Shown in pieces: positions 30,578 through 42,809 of a stretch of DNA of 64,000 bases (positions are counted from its first letter, which is position 1; every line of letters starts with the position of its first letter). The translations under genes were made by a program, and so were the position numbers. Origin of the DNA: an uncultured delta proteobacterium (GTDB taxonomy: Bacteria; Desulfobacterota; WTBG01); NCBI GenBank assembly GCA_963793865.1, contig CAWCBP010000008.1:192001-256000 (forward strand). The letters run 5' to 3'. The notes beneath the pieces were generated by a model that was not told the origin of the DNA, ran no database searches, and saw only the letters and a program-made list of their open reading frames with translations.

Positions 30578-31260
30578 ATGAAAAGAACGGTGGAGACTGA
30601 ACTCATGGAGGATGTGGCGGGGGCTGAGGGATATGCCCGCGCCGACTTTGAAGAGGCCCACAGCCGGGTTATAGACCTGTTCGACGCCGTGTTCAGCGGG
30701 ATCGAAATTACCGGTACCGTTCTCGATCTCGGGTGCGGTCCGGGCGATGTAACCTTCCGTTTTTCCGCAGGTTTCCGGAGGCATCCTTTGTTGCAGTGGA
30801 CGGTTCGGCGGCAATGATTGCCCTGGCGCGTGAGCGCCGGGAACGCTCGGCTGCCGGAGCGAACATCAGCTTTATTGAGACGTCCCTTTCGGGTGAGGCA
30901 GTTCCGCGCAGGGTTTATGATGCGATTATCAGCACCAGCTGCCTCCATCACCTGCATGACCCCACTGTCCTGTGGAAAACAATCATGCGCCACGCCGTGC
31001 CCGGGACAAAAATATTTGTCTATGATCTGCTTCGGCCCGGGGACCGGAAATCGGCGGCAGACATGGTTGAACATTATTCGGGCGGAGAGCCGGAGGTGCT
31101 CAAACGGGACTTTTACAACTCTCTGCTCGCGGCATTTGAGCCGGCCGAGGTCGCGCACCAGCTTGTTTGCTGCGGGCTCGGTGAACTGTCGGTCAGGGCT
31201 GTAAGTGACCGGCACATGATTGTTTTCGGTAAAAAAAGACCCGGCAGGGCATCTCCTTGA
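30578..31260 (+). CDS. Class I SAM-dependent methyltransferase, frameshifted near 30765-30775
   Basis: VLDLGCGPGD in one frame; VDGSAAM, LHHLHDP, DFYNSLLAAF in the next. Confidence 0.8.
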
Positions 31261-31281
31261 GCAGCTGTCTGTGCCGAAAAG

Positions 31282-31316
31282 AACATTAATACCCCTGTTG
31301 GAGGGGTATTAATGTT
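31282..31316. terminator. Perfect hairpin, probable terminator
   Basis: AACATTAATACCCCT/AGGGGTATTAATGTT. Confidence 0.7.
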
Positions 31317-31405
31317 TTGAGCCGGGAAACGGGCCTGTTAGATATTTATATTAAATTCAATAAGTTATATACTGTGGCGCAGGTTGATGAGCCTGCTTTC
31401 AGGCA

Positions 31406-31421
31406 TGGTATTAAACTTGCT
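31406..31421 (+). promoter_or_regulatory. Sigma-54 (-24/-12) promoter
   Basis: TGGTAT-TAAAC-TTGCT (GG-N10-GC); IHF-like ATTCAATAAGTTA upstream. Confidence 0.6.
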
Positions 31422-31453
31422 CAGTATTGCAGGCAAGCGATATGGAGGTCCCG

Positions 31454-31951
31454 ATGATAAGAGCAGCGCAATACGTTTTATGGTTTTTTATTCTGGCAGC
31501 GGTAGTGCCGACGGTACACGCGGATGATACAGCGCTTGACGGCACCTTGTGGATGTACGAGCATGAAAGCGGCTCCAGGCATTATGTGGCTTTTTACGGG
31601 AATTATCATTACCTCAACAGTTCCGGTTCCGGTGCCTGCGATGAAGATTTATGGCTGCGCAGCGCCTTTCCTTATTTGTTTCATAATAATTTTGATGGGT
31701 CAATTACCTATTGTTCAACCCATGTGGCATCAGCCGCCTGGGCAATCAATTGGGGTCGCCTGGACATGGATGCCGGCAACGGTTCATTTAACGCGGCGGG
31801 AATGCTCTACGCAATCTTTATTTACAACCGCAACGAGCCGTATCAGCTGGTATCTGCCGGCTGGAGTCCGCCTGCTCGTGCGGCAGGTCTCGGCCCCTCT
31901 GAGCAGTCCGCTTTTATCCCGGATCTTATCTCAACCGTGTTTGGCCGGTAA
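31454..31951 (+). CDS. Secreted hypothetical protein
   Basis: GGAGGT SD, signal peptide ending VHA, aromatic beta-rich body. Confidence 0.7.
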   Translation: MIRAAQYVLWFFILAAVVPTVHADDTALDGTLWMYEHESGSRHYVAFYGNYHYLNSSGSGACDEDLWLRSAFPYLFHNNFDGSITYCSTHVASAAWAINWGRLDMDAGNGSFNAAGMLYAIFIYNRNEPYQLVSAGWSPPARAAGLGPSEQSAFIPDLISTVFGR

Positions 31952-31987
31952 ACAGCATGTAAGCATCATCACCCGGATGTAGTAAAC

Positions 31988-32018
31988 ATGCCCCCCGCTC
32001 ATAGACAGCAGGGGGCAT
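31988..32018. terminator. Hairpin between convergent genes
   Basis: ATGCCCCC..GGGGGCAT. Confidence 0.55.
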
Positions 32019-32092
32019 TCTTGCATTACCACAAAATGGATGCGGATGGGTAAGCTGCTTCAATCATGACCCGGCCACGGGGCCAATCCCAT

Positions 32093-33013
32093 TTATTTCT
32101 TGGCCAGGACGGTCTGAGGGATGTGGGTATTCAGGATGTAGTGCACGGGGTTAACGGTCTTTTGGTTCTCGTACACCTCATAATGGAGGTGATGGCCGGT
32201 GGACATGCCCGTGTTTCCCATGAGGCCTATCAGCTTGCCTCTTTTCACCTTCTGACCTTTTACAACCTTGATTTCGAGCAGATGTCCATAGAGGGTTGTA
32301 TAGGTTCCATTATGGTCAATCTCTATGAATCTGCCCACATACGGGTCACGGCCTACCCTGGAAACCGTGCCGTTGGCGGGAGCAATGATGGGCGTACCTC
32401 TCCTCGAAGAGATGTCCATGCCCTTATGAAACTGGCGGCGGCCGGTAAAGGGGCTTATCCTCCAGCCAAAACCGGAAGTGACAAAGAACCTGTCAGTCTC
32501 CACCGGTAAAATTGAAGGCTTGGTGTCCCATCGGCTCTTGCGGTCAATTAGGACATCAACGATTCCTTCCAGGTTTCTGTTCAGGGTCAGGGCCCGTTCC
32601 ACAGGCGTCCGGCTGCCGGCAGATTCATCAGGCAGGTATGGTTTTGTCGGTTCAGACGTGATGGTTGGTGCGTCATCCGGAGTATCAGAAAACCCTCCAC
32701 CCTGGCCCAACCGCCCCACGTTTGCCCCTGCCTTGCCCAGTCCTAAAAAATCCTCGATGAACGATTCATTTTTTTCAATTTCTTCAACTACTTTGGCTGT
32801 TTTCTCCAGCTCGTCTCTCTCGTCCTTCAGCTTGCTGTTTTCTTTCCTTAATTTATTATTTTCAAGATACTTGAGAATGGCAATACAATCACCAATGATA
32901 AAAATAAGGACGACAAAAATAACGCTGTAAAACGTGCCGATGTGCAATGAAAAATGCCTCGATTTGCCTGCCTGGGGCGGAGAAATAAAAACAGTATATT
33001 GATTATTCAGCAT
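32093..33013 (-). CDS. M23 family metallopeptidase
   Basis: HKGMD, TLYGHL, GMSTGHHLHYEV; N-terminal TM and coiled coil. Confidence 0.92.
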   Translation of the reverse strand: MLNNQYTVFISPPQAGKSRHFSLHIGTFYSVIFVVLIFIIGDCIAILKYLENNKLRKENSKLKDERDELEKTAKVVEEIEKNESFIEDFLGLGKAGANVGRLGQGGGFSDTPDDAPTITSEPTKPYLPDESAGSRTPVERALTLNRNLEGIVDVLIDRKSRWDTKPSILPVETDRFFVTSGFGWRISPFTGRRQFHKGMDISSRRGTPIIAPANGTVSRVGRDPYVGRFIEIDHNGTYTTLYGHLLEIKVVKGQKVKRGKLIGLMGNTGMSTGHHLHYEVYENQKTVNPVHYILNTHIPQTVLAKK

Positions 33014-33310
33014 GACACCTCCTTTCTCTGGACGGTGAGCTATGAAATCGGGAAGAGAAATTAATGAGGAATATTAATAATTATTATACTATTTTGTTTC
33101 TGACCGCATTTAATTCAAAAACGTATAGCCTGTCAAGCAATTTTTTTGACGGCGTGTATTTATGTCCGGGATAAAAATGCTTGACAAGAAAGTGGCATTT
33201 TGATGTAGATAGGCGGGCATGATCCTTGCTGCAGGTACAATCGGGAAAGGGTACCCCATAAAAGGGGTGGCCTCAGCGCACGCGAGCTTTTTTTAAGGTG
33301 ATCCCGGCAG

Positions 33311-34417
33311 ATGCAACAGGACATATATCATTGGCTGGCCTTAAGTTTTGTTGAAGGTCTGGGCAGCATAGGCTATCGAAATCTGATCAAGCGGTTCCAC
33401 ACCCCCGGCGGTGTGTTTAAAGCTACTTCAGCCGATTTGGAAAAGGTTGAAGGGATGCGGAGCAAGGTCATAACCGGCATAAAGGAGTTTAAACAGGCTG
33501 CCCGGGTTGAACGTGAACTGGAACTGATGCAGAAACACGGGGTACAGCTGGTACCGTTCGTCGATGATGCCTATCCTGCCAACCTGCTCAACATCTATGA
33601 CCCCCCTCCCTGCGTCTATGTCAAGGGAGAACTCAGGAGGGAGGATTCGCGTGCCGTGGCGGTGGTCGGATCGCGTTTTGCCAGCAGCTATGGAAAGATG
33701 ATTACCGAGCGAATATCGCGGGACATAGCGCAACAGGGTATCACTATTGTAAGCGGCATGGCCCGGGGTATAGATGCGAGCGCACACCGGGGTGCGCTGT
33801 CAGTAAAGGGGAGGACCATTGCGGTGCTGGGATGCGGGATTGATGTTGATTATCCCCGGGAAAACAAAACGTTAAAAGATGAGATTGCCGCCTGTGGCGC
33901 GGTGGTTTCCGAGCTGCCCATGTCCACGGCTCCCGCGGCCGGCCACTTTCCCAGGCGAAACCGGATCATCAGCGGCATGTCCCTTGGAGTGGTAGTGGTG
34001 GAGGCAAGTCACCACAGCGGTTCCCTCATTACCGCCCGCCTGGCGCTGGAACAGGGAAGGGATGTGTTTGCCGTCCCCGGCAGCATCGACTCGCCCCGGA
34101 GCAGGGGAACCCATAAGCTTATCAAGGATGGTGCCAAACTGGTTGAGGATGCCGGTGATATCCTTTCCGAGCTTGTGCCGGAGGCCGGATTCTGCCCGCG
34201 GCAGGACTGCGGCCGGGAAGCGGCCGGCGGGCACGGGTTAAGCAGGGAATCAGGGGCGGTCCTTGCCCTGCTGGCCGGCGAGCAGATGCACATCGACATC
34301 ATCATCGCCGGGTCCGGGCTTAGCAGCAGCCAGGTATCCGCCGCCCTTCTGGACCTGGAACTCAGGGGATTCATCAGGCATCTTCCCGGCAAACATTTTA
34401 TGCGAACATGCACCTAA
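33311..34417 (+). CDS. dprA: DNA-processing protein DprA
   Basis: VSGMARGIDASAH, FPRRNRIISG, SGSLITA, VFAVPG. Confidence 0.96.
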   Translation: MQQDIYHWLALSFVEGLGSIGYRNLIKRFHTPGGVFKATSADLEKVEGMRSKVITGIKEFKQAARVERELELMQKHGVQLVPFVDDAYPANLLNIYDPPPCVYVKGELRREDSRAVAVVGSRFASSYGKMITERISRDIAQQGITIVSGMARGIDASAHRGALSVKGRTIAVLGCGIDVDYPRENKTLKDEIAACGAVVSELPMSTAPAAGHFPRRNRIISGMSLGVVVVEASHHSGSLITARLALEQGRDVFAVPGSIDSPRSRGTHKLIKDGAKLVEDAGDILSELVPEAGFCPRQDCGREAAGGHGLSRESGAVLALLAGEQMHIDIIIAGSGLSSSQVSAALLDLELRGFIRHLPGKHFMRTCT

Positions 34418-34450
34418 TGCAACCATATGAAAGGAGTTTACCGATAACCG

Positions 34451-36763
34451 ATGACTACCCATTCACCTGCACTTATCGTGGTCGAATCGCCTACCAAGGC
34501 CAAAACCCTGGGCCAGTTTTTAGGCAAGCAGTATGAGGTCGTGGCCTGCATGGGGCATGTCAGGGCCCTGCCCAGCAAGTCGGGATCAGTGGACATCAGC
34601 AAGGATTTTGAACCCCGGTACGCGGTTCTGCCGCAGAGCAAAAAGCACCTTGAGAAAATAGAAAAAGCCCTTCGCCATTGCGGCACCGTGTATCTCGCCA
34701 CTGATATGGACCGGGAAGGAGAGGCCATCTCCTGGCACCTGACGGTGAGCCTGGGGCTGGGCAACGGGGCGCCGCCTTCCCGGAAAGGCAAGCCGCTTGA
34801 TGTCAAAAGAATCGTATTCCACGAAATCACCAGGGAGGCCATCGAGGAAGCCCTCAAGAATCCCCGGGCCATTTCCACCCCGCTGGTGGACGCGCAGCAG
34901 GCCCGGGTGGTGCTTGACTACCTCTACGGCTTTAATCTGAGCCCGCTGCTCTGGAAGAAGATCAGGCCGGGGCTCTCGGCCGGGCGGGTGCAGTCAGTGG
35001 CGCTGCGCCTGATCTGTGAGCGGGAGGGGGAGATTCAGGCGTTTATACCCCAGGAGTACTGGACGGTACGCGCGGATCTCTCGACCCAACCTGATGAAGC
35101 CGGAAGCCATGACTTTTCCGCCGAACTGGTTGAAATGGACGGCGGGAAGCTGGACAAGTTCCAGATCGGGAATCAGGCGGCTGCCGATGCCATCGCGGGA
35201 CGCCTCGAAGGCGCCGCCTATGCGGTAAAGGAAATACGGCGCAAGGAAGTGAAGCGCAATCCCGCTCCCCCGTTTACCACCAGCACCCTTCAGCAGGAAG
35301 CCTCCCGGAAGCTGCGATTCTCAGCCAAGAAGACCATGTCCATCGCCCAAAAGCTCTATGAAGGGATCGCCCTGGATGAGGGGATGAAGGGGCTGATCAC
35401 CTACATGCGTACTGACAGCGTCCACCTGGCTGAAAGCGCGATGTACAGCATCAAGGAAAAAATCCTGGCATTGTATGGAAAGCCCTTTTGCCTGAAGCAC
35501 CCCCGCGTGTTCAAGCAAAAATCGAAGAATGCCCAGGAGGCCCACGAGGCCATTCGCCCGACCGACATCACCCTCACCCCGGAAGAGCTGCATGCGCACC
35601 TGACGCCTGATCAGTATAAGCTGTATGAGCTTATCTGGAAGCGGACCATCGCCTGCCAGATGGCACAGGCCGTGCTCGATGCGGTTGCGGTGGACATAGC
35701 GGCAGGGGCACACTTCATTTTCAGGGCCACGGGGTCTACCGTGGTGTTCCCCGGGTTCATGAAGGTGTACACAGAAGGGAAGGATGATGATGGGAATGAC
35801 AAGGATGCGATGCTTCCTCAGCTCAAAGAGGGACAGGAGCTGCTCCTGAAGGCCCTGGTGCCGGAGCAGCATTTTACCCAGCCGCCCCCCCGCTATACAG
35901 AGGCGACGCTGGTGAAGACGCTGGAGGATTACGGCATTGGAAGGCCGTCCACCTACGCCAGCATCATTGAGATCCTCAAGACCAGGAGGTATGCTACCAT
36001 TGCCGACAGAAGGTTTTTCCCCGAAGACCTGGGCATAACCGTCAACGGGCTGCTGGTGAACCACTTCCCGCGATATGTGGACTATCAGTTTACCGCACAC
36101 CTTGAGGAGGAGCTGGATGAAATCGCGCGCGGCGAGATGGAGTGGAAGCCGGTGGTGCGCAATTTCTGGAAGCCCTTTATCAACCTGATCGGGCAGAAGG
36201 AGACTGAAATCAAACGACACGAAATCATCACCGAAAAAACAGACGAGGTGTGTCCCCAATGCGGGAAAAACCTCATTATCCGGCTGGGGCGCTACGGGAA
36301 GTTTTTGGGCTGCGAGGGGTACCCCGGGTGCCGGTTCATCCGGTCGTTTGCCTCCAAGGAAAACGGCGGGAGCGGGCAGGATGCGGGGACCGGGGAAGCC
36401 TGCGAGAAATGCGGCAAGCCCATGGTTGTAAAAGAGGGGCGCTACGGCAGGTTTCTTGCCTGTTCCGGATATCCCGATTGCAGGACCATCAAGTCGCTCA
36501 ACAAGCCGGTTCCCACGGGCATCAAATGTCCGGTGTGCGCCGAGGGGGAAGTGATCGAGAAAAAAACCAGGAGAAATCGCGTCTTTTACGGCTGCTCCCG
36601 CTACCCCCAGTGTTCATTTGCCACCTGGCACAAGCCGGTGAATGAACCCTGCCCGCTGTGCGGAAGCCCCTTCCTGGTGGAAAAAGAGAGTAAGCGCTAC
36701 GGAGTTGTGGTGAGTTGTGCGACAAAGGACTGCGGCTATAAGAAAAAACTTTCCGAGGCCTGA
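34451..36763 (+). CDS. topA: DNA topoisomerase I
   Basis: VESPTKA, LATDMDREGE, SAGRVQS, ITYMRTDS, C-terminal zinc ribbons. Confidence 0.97.
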   Translation: MTTHSPALIVVESPTKAKTLGQFLGKQYEVVACMGHVRALPSKSGSVDISKDFEPRYAVLPQSKKHLEKIEKALRHCGTVYLATDMDREGEAISWHLTVSLGLGNGAPPSRKGKPLDVKRIVFHEITREAIEEALKNPRAISTPLVDAQQARVVLDYLYGFNLSPLLWKKIRPGLSAGRVQSVALRLICEREGEIQAFIPQEYWTVRADLSTQPDEAGSHDFSAELVEMDGGKLDKFQIGNQAAADAIAGRLEGAAYAVKEIRRKEVKRNPAPPFTTSTLQQEASRKLRFSAKKTMSIAQKLYEGIALDEGMKGLITYMRTDSVHLAESAMYSIKEKILALYGKPFCLKHPRVFKQKSKNAQEAHEAIRPTDITLTPEELHAHLTPDQYKLYELIWKRTIACQMAQAVLDAVAVDIAAGAHFIFRATGSTVVFPGFMKVYTEGKDDDGNDKDAMLPQLKEGQELLLKALVPEQHFTQPPPRYTEATLVKTLEDYGIGRPSTYASIIEILKTRRYATIADRRFFPEDLGITVNGLLVNHFPRYVDYQFTAHLEEELDEIARGEMEWKPVVRNFWKPFINLIGQKETEIKRHEIITEKTDEVCPQCGKNLIIRLGRYGKFLGCEGYPGCRFIRSFASKENGGSGQDAGTGEACEKCGKPMVVKEGRYGRFLACSGYPDCRTIKSLNKPVPTGIKCPVCAEGEVIEKKTRRNRVFYGCSRYPQCSFATWHKPVNEPCPLCGSPFLVEKESKRYGVVVSCATKDCGYKKKLSEA

Positions 36764-38550
36764 GCGCTCCAGCCCGTGCCCGTGTAAGCGGCCGGCGGCG
36801 CGCCTGGTGCCATCATGCCTTCTGGTCTTCTGCCTCCTTGCCGGCACGGCCTTTGCGGGAGCTGAAAACCTCGCGTATCCAATCCCCGATGCCGGCTATT
36901 CCGATGAGCTGCCCCGTTTCTTCTTGCCCGCGCTTGAAAAAATCAGGCTGATTGTATATCCCGTTTTGGGCTGCCCGGCCCTGGTGGCGACAGGTGAATC
37001 CCTGGGCGTGGTGGTTAAACGGGAGGATGGCGGGGCAACGCATGACTGGATGCTGCGCATCGCCACTCATGATCCGGTCAGCCAATCGTATACCCTGCCC
37101 GTGACAGAGGGCACCTATGACAGTGCCTCCGGCTGTTACCTGCTGAAAGGCACTGTTCCCCCGTACGCTCCGCGCGATATCTTCGACTGTGCCATCAGCA
37201 GTCAGACCGCACATGTCTCGGACATCCAGCCCAATGCCGTACGAGTGGTAAAGGCCTATGGCGAAAGCTACCGCTTTGTCCACCTGACGGATGTACACGT
37301 GGGCGACCCCCGCACGTATGTTCAGGAACGCCGCCCGGAAAACAGGTACGGTGCGCCTGCGATGACGGTAGAGCGGATCCTCAAGGAGCTCTCGTTTCTC
37401 GATCCGGAGTTCATCGTGGTAAGCGGTGACCTGGTGTTCGGCGGGCCGTATTCCCCCGAGTACACCTGGGCCTTCGAGCTCCTGAGCCGCTTTTCCCTTC
37501 CCCTGTTCCTGGTACCGGGGAATCATGACGGTTATGCGAGCGGAGGGGGAATTTTCAGAGACGGTTTGGAGTACTGGAAGCAGATGATCGGTCCTCCATA
37601 CTATTCTTTTAATTATGGCGACAAGCAGCATTTTGCCTGTATCAACAGCTATGATGGCCCGGCTGCCCGGCGCGAGGGCTGGTATGTTGCCGTTCAGCAG
37701 TGGGGAGGGGCCATGGGCCTGGATCAGCTGGCATGGCTGGAGCAGGATCTGCTCAGCGCTCGTGAAGCGGGAAGAAACACGATTATGGTTGCGCACCATG
37801 ACCCGCGGGGGAATGTCCATGGATTCGGCGGAGAAACCAGCCCGGCGGATGAGGACGGCGATGGTTATGCGGAGGCCCTGCAATTGCCTGACATGTTTTC
37901 TTACCAGGAGTGGAACGACAGGGAAAGCGGTCAGGCCCTTGTCAATCTCATCACGGAAAACAATGCATATGCCGCCGATCACCCCGGGACAGGATCCATA
38001 ACCCATGTTTTGATGGGTCATGTGCATGGTGATTTTATCGACCGGGACGGGGACAGCGGGACCTGGTGGGTGCACACCACCTCGGCGGGAAGCGCGGTTA
38101 ACAGCAAGGACGATTTTTTGGGCTACCGGGTCATAGCCGTCGAGGACGGCCGTGTTGTCAGTCTGAATCGCACCGCTCCCGAAGGGGTGGAACTCCCCCC
38201 GGGAGACAATGATGACGGCAATAATCAGGGGTGGGGACTACCAGTCATGTGCGGGTAATAATGTAATCATCACCACGGTCAGGGGACCCAATGATGGAAC
38301 ATCGGCGGTGGTAACCCAGGAAATAGCCAATTATTCAAGCACTGCCGTTTCAGGGGTGTTGAAATTCTATGTGCCGCTGATTGAAGGCCTTGATGACGGA
38401 CGGAACGGCTATGGTTATGCCGTTTTTGGCGGCGCCGTTCGTGACATAGCCCGTGGCGATGGAAACCGGTTGGTGGTGTATGTCGAAGCCGGGGTTGCCC
38501 CTGGTGAACACAGGCGGGTTACGGTACAACCGGGAGAATCGGGGCCATAA
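36717..38550 (+). CDS. Secreted calcineurin-like metallophosphoesterase (start uncertain, frameshift near 38232)
   Basis: HLTDVHVG, SGDL, PGNHD, GHVH; signal peptide; C-terminus continues in ORF 38209-38550. Confidence 0.78.
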
Positions 38551-38647
38551 CGGCTGCCGGGGTTGGACAGCGTTTCACGTGCGGCATCATGCGGCACGTT
38601 TGTTTCAGCGCAGGGTATTCTGCAGCCGGGAAAGATCAGCCTGCCGC

Positions 38648-41600
38648 TCATTCATAGGGTTTGAGCAGCTCCATCAGCTTGGGGTCAACGGCGGCTCCAA
38701 GCTCAATCGCCCTCTTGCAGTGGATCATCGCCTCCCTGTACTGCTTGTTATAGTAATAGGCGATGGCAAGATGGTAGTGGGCTTTGGCGTAAGCGGGATT
38801 AATGGCCACTGCCTGTTTGAGTTCGGAGATGGCTTGATCCAGCTGTTGTGATTTGCGGTAGGCTATTCCTAAATTATAATGTGCCTCCGCAAAGTTCGGC
38901 CATATGTCCGTTGCCCTCTCGTACGCCGCGATTGCTTTGACCAATTCCCCCTGCTTAATGTACGCATTGCCGAGATTGTTGTGCGCTTCGGCGAAATCGG
39001 GGTTGATGGACACCGCCCTGGTAAGCTCCTCAACCGCCGCCGCAAGCTCTCTTTTGGCGATGTGCGCATTGCCCAGATTGTTGAGCGCCCGGGCGAAACC
39101 GGGATATATGTCCAGCGCCTTTTTATAGTAAAGAATTGCGGTATCAATATCGCCTGTGCTGCCGTACGAGATTCCCAGATTGTACAGCACGCCGGGCGAG
39201 CGGGGGTTAACCTCCAGCGCTTTGTGATAATAGGCTATGGCCTTATCCGCTTGCCCGATGGCATCGTAAGCGGTGCCCAATCGGTCGTAGACGTAGGTTT
39301 TATCAGGTACGAGGCTGATATTTTTTTCCGCGGTCTCTATTTGCCGGGAAACGCAGCGCTCCATGATGTCCCGGTCGGTAAAAACAGAATAATCATCGAC
39401 CGGTGATCTGCCGCAATAGTCTTCCACCAGTTGAACGAACCGCTCCCTTTGATCGGCGGTTGCCTTTTCAAGATCAACCATATTGCGAAAGGGCTGGTAG
39501 AGGGCAAGGGCAAAGGCGGCGAAGGCTATTTGATCGTCAATGGTGTCGATGGTAGCAAGAACGGAGGCTGTTTCACTGCTGAGCAGGCGGCGGGAAGAGA
39601 GGTTTTTTTCTATGGCGGGATCGTTGGTGTACATGGCCCTCGGAGCCGCAAACTCAAGGAGAGGCCGGTTGTCGGTGTGGAGCGGCCCCGCACCGAACAG
39701 CGCGGGGAGTTCTTCACTGACTATCAGCCGGTAGAGAAGTTCAGGGTTGGATAAACGCATATTGTTCGATTGTCCGGCGTAGGCGATGGCCCCGGCGGCG
39801 GCATCCCGGTTGAATCCCTTTCCCCCCTTAAAACCGATAAACAGATAATCGTTTTCCGGCCTGATGAAACCGGGGGCGGTAGGAAAGGTGGTCATAAGCA
39901 CGCTTTGCGGGAAGACCTCGCTGAACGTTCTCCCCACCAGGGCAAAGGTTTCCCAGTCCATCTGGTAGGAGTGAAACATTTGCACAAATATCCCGTCCTG
40001 CTTAAGCCTGTTCCTGGCCAGGGTGAAGCATTCTTCCGTAAACAGGTTGGCCAGGCCCGCCATCCAGGGATTGGATGGTTCGGCGATGATGACATCATAT
40101 TTCCGGTCGGTCAGCTCCAGGTGGGCGCGGGCATCCTGAATGATGAGCTCTGTTTTTGGATGGGCAAGCACGTTGCTGTTCCAGGCGGTAAAGAAGTTGC
40201 TGGCCGTGACCACCTGCTCGCTGATATCAACAACATCGAGTCGCTCAATGGGATAGAGCAAGCGTTTCGCCCGCGGTTATCCCGCTGGCTAACCCGATGA
40301 CCAGCACCTCCCGGGGGTCCGGATGAAAAAGCAAGTGGAATGTGAGCCAGTAAGCGTTTGGGTCGGCATGTCTCCATGGCTCGACGCATCCCCCTTGCCG
40401 CTATTGACCAGCAGGTATTCGATTTTCACCCAAGAAATTTACTATTTTCATCACCGTCGTGAATCCGCCGATACCGTCTCCGTAGAAAAGAAGACTGGTG
40501 TTCGCCTGATACTGTTCCAGTTTGGACGGTCCTGCTTGTCAGCGCCTCCCACCAGCCGCAGGTCCTGAGTTCGGTGCTGAATTCCTCGAAGCGGTGATAC
40601 CTCCCCATGGCAAGCTGCTGCCGGTTCCAGTGCGGCAGGTAAAAGCAAAGGGTGATGGCGGCGAGGGCCATGACGCCGGCGGGCGTCCACTTCATGATCC
40701 CGGCTTTGCGCTCGGCCGCGAGAAGGTAGCATCCCGCGAACAGCGCGCTGCAGAGCTGAAGACCGGTGACCAGACTTAAGCTGAGTTCCTTGCCCAAAAG
40801 GGGGATCAGCAGGAAACCGGCGCAAAAGGATCCCAGTACGGCCCCGATGGTATTCACCGTGTAGGCGAAGCCTATGGAATGGCCGATCCTGCTGACCGAG
40901 CTGGTGTAGATTTTCCCCACCAGCGGAAAGGTGGCCCCCAGTAATAAGGTAGGGCCGATCATGATGATGAATAGAAATGCCTGCCTTGGCCGCCGCGAGC
41001 AGCGCGAAGCTGGTCTGAAAGTGGTAGATGAGCTTGGCGAAGAAAAACTGGCTGTTGCCCAGAAGCTGGCTGACTCCCAACGCAAGCAGTGCCGCGAAAA
41101 GCTGGGTATAGATTAACAGCCTGAGCGGCTTTGCGGTTCTGTCAGCCATCCGGCCGAACAGGAGGCTCCCGATTCCCAGCCCGGTAATGAACGTGGTCAG
41201 TATAATGGTAAAAGAATAGGTGGTGGGCCCGATGATTAATCCCAGCAGCCTGGTCCAGATTACCTCATATGCCATGGCGCAGAAACCGGACAGGGCGAAA
41301 ATGGAGAGCGTAATGAATCGGTGGCCGGCGGAAGATGCGGGAAGCGCAGCTTCATCCGCGTCGGGCTGTTCCGGGACGGCATTGCTGAGCGGGGGAGCAT
41401 TTTCGTGCGGCCCTTGCCCCAAGCCGATGCTGTTGCTTGCCAGCAGACTGACCGCGCCGATGGCCGCGTTAATGATCACCGCCGAGAGCAGGCTTCCCCA
41501 GACCCCGAACCAGGCTATCAGCCAGAAACCGCACACAAAAGAGCCCGCTGCCGCCCCGATGGTGTTTAACGCATACAGCCGCCCTGAGCGTGTTCCCAGG

Positions 41601-42094
41601 TGGCCCAGCTGAACGATATAAAAGCGGCATAAAATGGGCAAGGTGGCGCCCATGCAGGCGGAAGGCAGGATGAGCAGCACAAGGCATCCGATGAGGGTAA
41701 GCACACTGTAGATTAAAAAGTGGCTGAAAAGCTGGTTGTACAGAAGGCTGTAGAGCGGTTTCGACAGTATTATCAGACCGGGAAGAATGATGCCGTACCC
41801 CCCGATAGCTAATTCCAGGAGAGCGTATAGCTTCAGCAGCCTGCGCGGTTCTCCCACGCGGTCTATGGTTTTGCCGGCAATGAAGCTGCCCAGCCCCAGA
41901 CCGCCCATGAAGACGGTTAGAATGATGCTCACGGCGAAAGGCGCCGCGCCGATGACCTTGACGATCATCCGTGTCCATACGATCTCGTAAATTAATCCGG
42001 TGAGTCCGGAGAAAAAAAAGCAGGTTAAGACCAGCGCAGATATGGAGGCAGGTAAATGCCGCGAAACCCTGTCAGAGATGGATTTGGTTTGCAT
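38648..42094 (-). pseudogene. Fused membrane/spermidine synthase-like protein with C-terminal TPRs, broken by several frameshifts
   Basis: SGLTGLIYEIVW and AYEVIWTR TM repeats, DARAHL..YDVIIAEPSNPW, TPRs; spread over at least three ORFs. Confidence 0.8.
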
Positions 42095-42118
42095 GCGACC
42101 GGCGGAAAAGGTATTGCT

Positions 42119-42683
42119 TTATTTTGAGTGGATGGTAAAAGAGGCCGGTTTGATGATCGCGTCAAAAACTTTTCCGTTACCCCCGACGACGGTATCAAAA
42201 CCCTGGATGGGCTTCAACTCGATGGGCTTGGTGCATTTGTCCTTGCAACTGCATTGCACTTTGGCGATGATGATGTCTCCCTTCTTGTCCGGTTTGACAT
42301 TGCCGAGGTTGCCGACAATAACCATGTATGCTCCCGGACCGCCCGGATTTGCCACCACCCTGCTCATGGCGCTATCCCAGGGACCCGGCGGTGCCGTACC
42401 GTCATAAACATCGATCTTGACAATGCTCACTTGTGACGGATCGTAGGTAAGCCAGAAGCCCGCGGTGATCAATTCCTCAGGCACATCTTTAACCCAGACG
42501 TCCACCGACATCTCTTTCCCGGCATCTTTGACACCCTTCTGGTCAAAACTTTTCAAGCCGGCTGCACGCGCCGCCGGGGTTGCCCTTCTCAAGCTGATCA
42601 ACGGCATACTCGATTCCTGAAACAGATGATAGTGCGAATAAAAGGGATACGAGCGGTACGAACCACATAACTAATCTTTTCAT
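42119..42683 (-). CDS. Secreted cohesin-like beta-sandwich protein, frameshifted near 42570
   Basis: AAAGGAG SD, signal peptide MKRLVMWFVPLVSLLFALSSVSG, then LTYDPSQVSIV in ORF 42119-42607. Confidence 0.55.
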
Positions 42684-42809
42684 TTCAGATCTCCTTTCGG
42701 GCCATTAGGCAATGTGCTTTCACATACAAACCCTGATCACACCAATCGGCCGAAAGCGCTCTGCAGGGTCATATGGCAAAGACATCGGGACCACAAAGCA
42801 TGTTCCGGT

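Noticed and set aside
36813..38075. Long antisense ORFs (also 9896-10915, 26145-27188, 35321-36259, 49816-50901)
   Set aside because: Shadow frames opposite well-supported genes in GC-rich DNA, with no recognisable motifs
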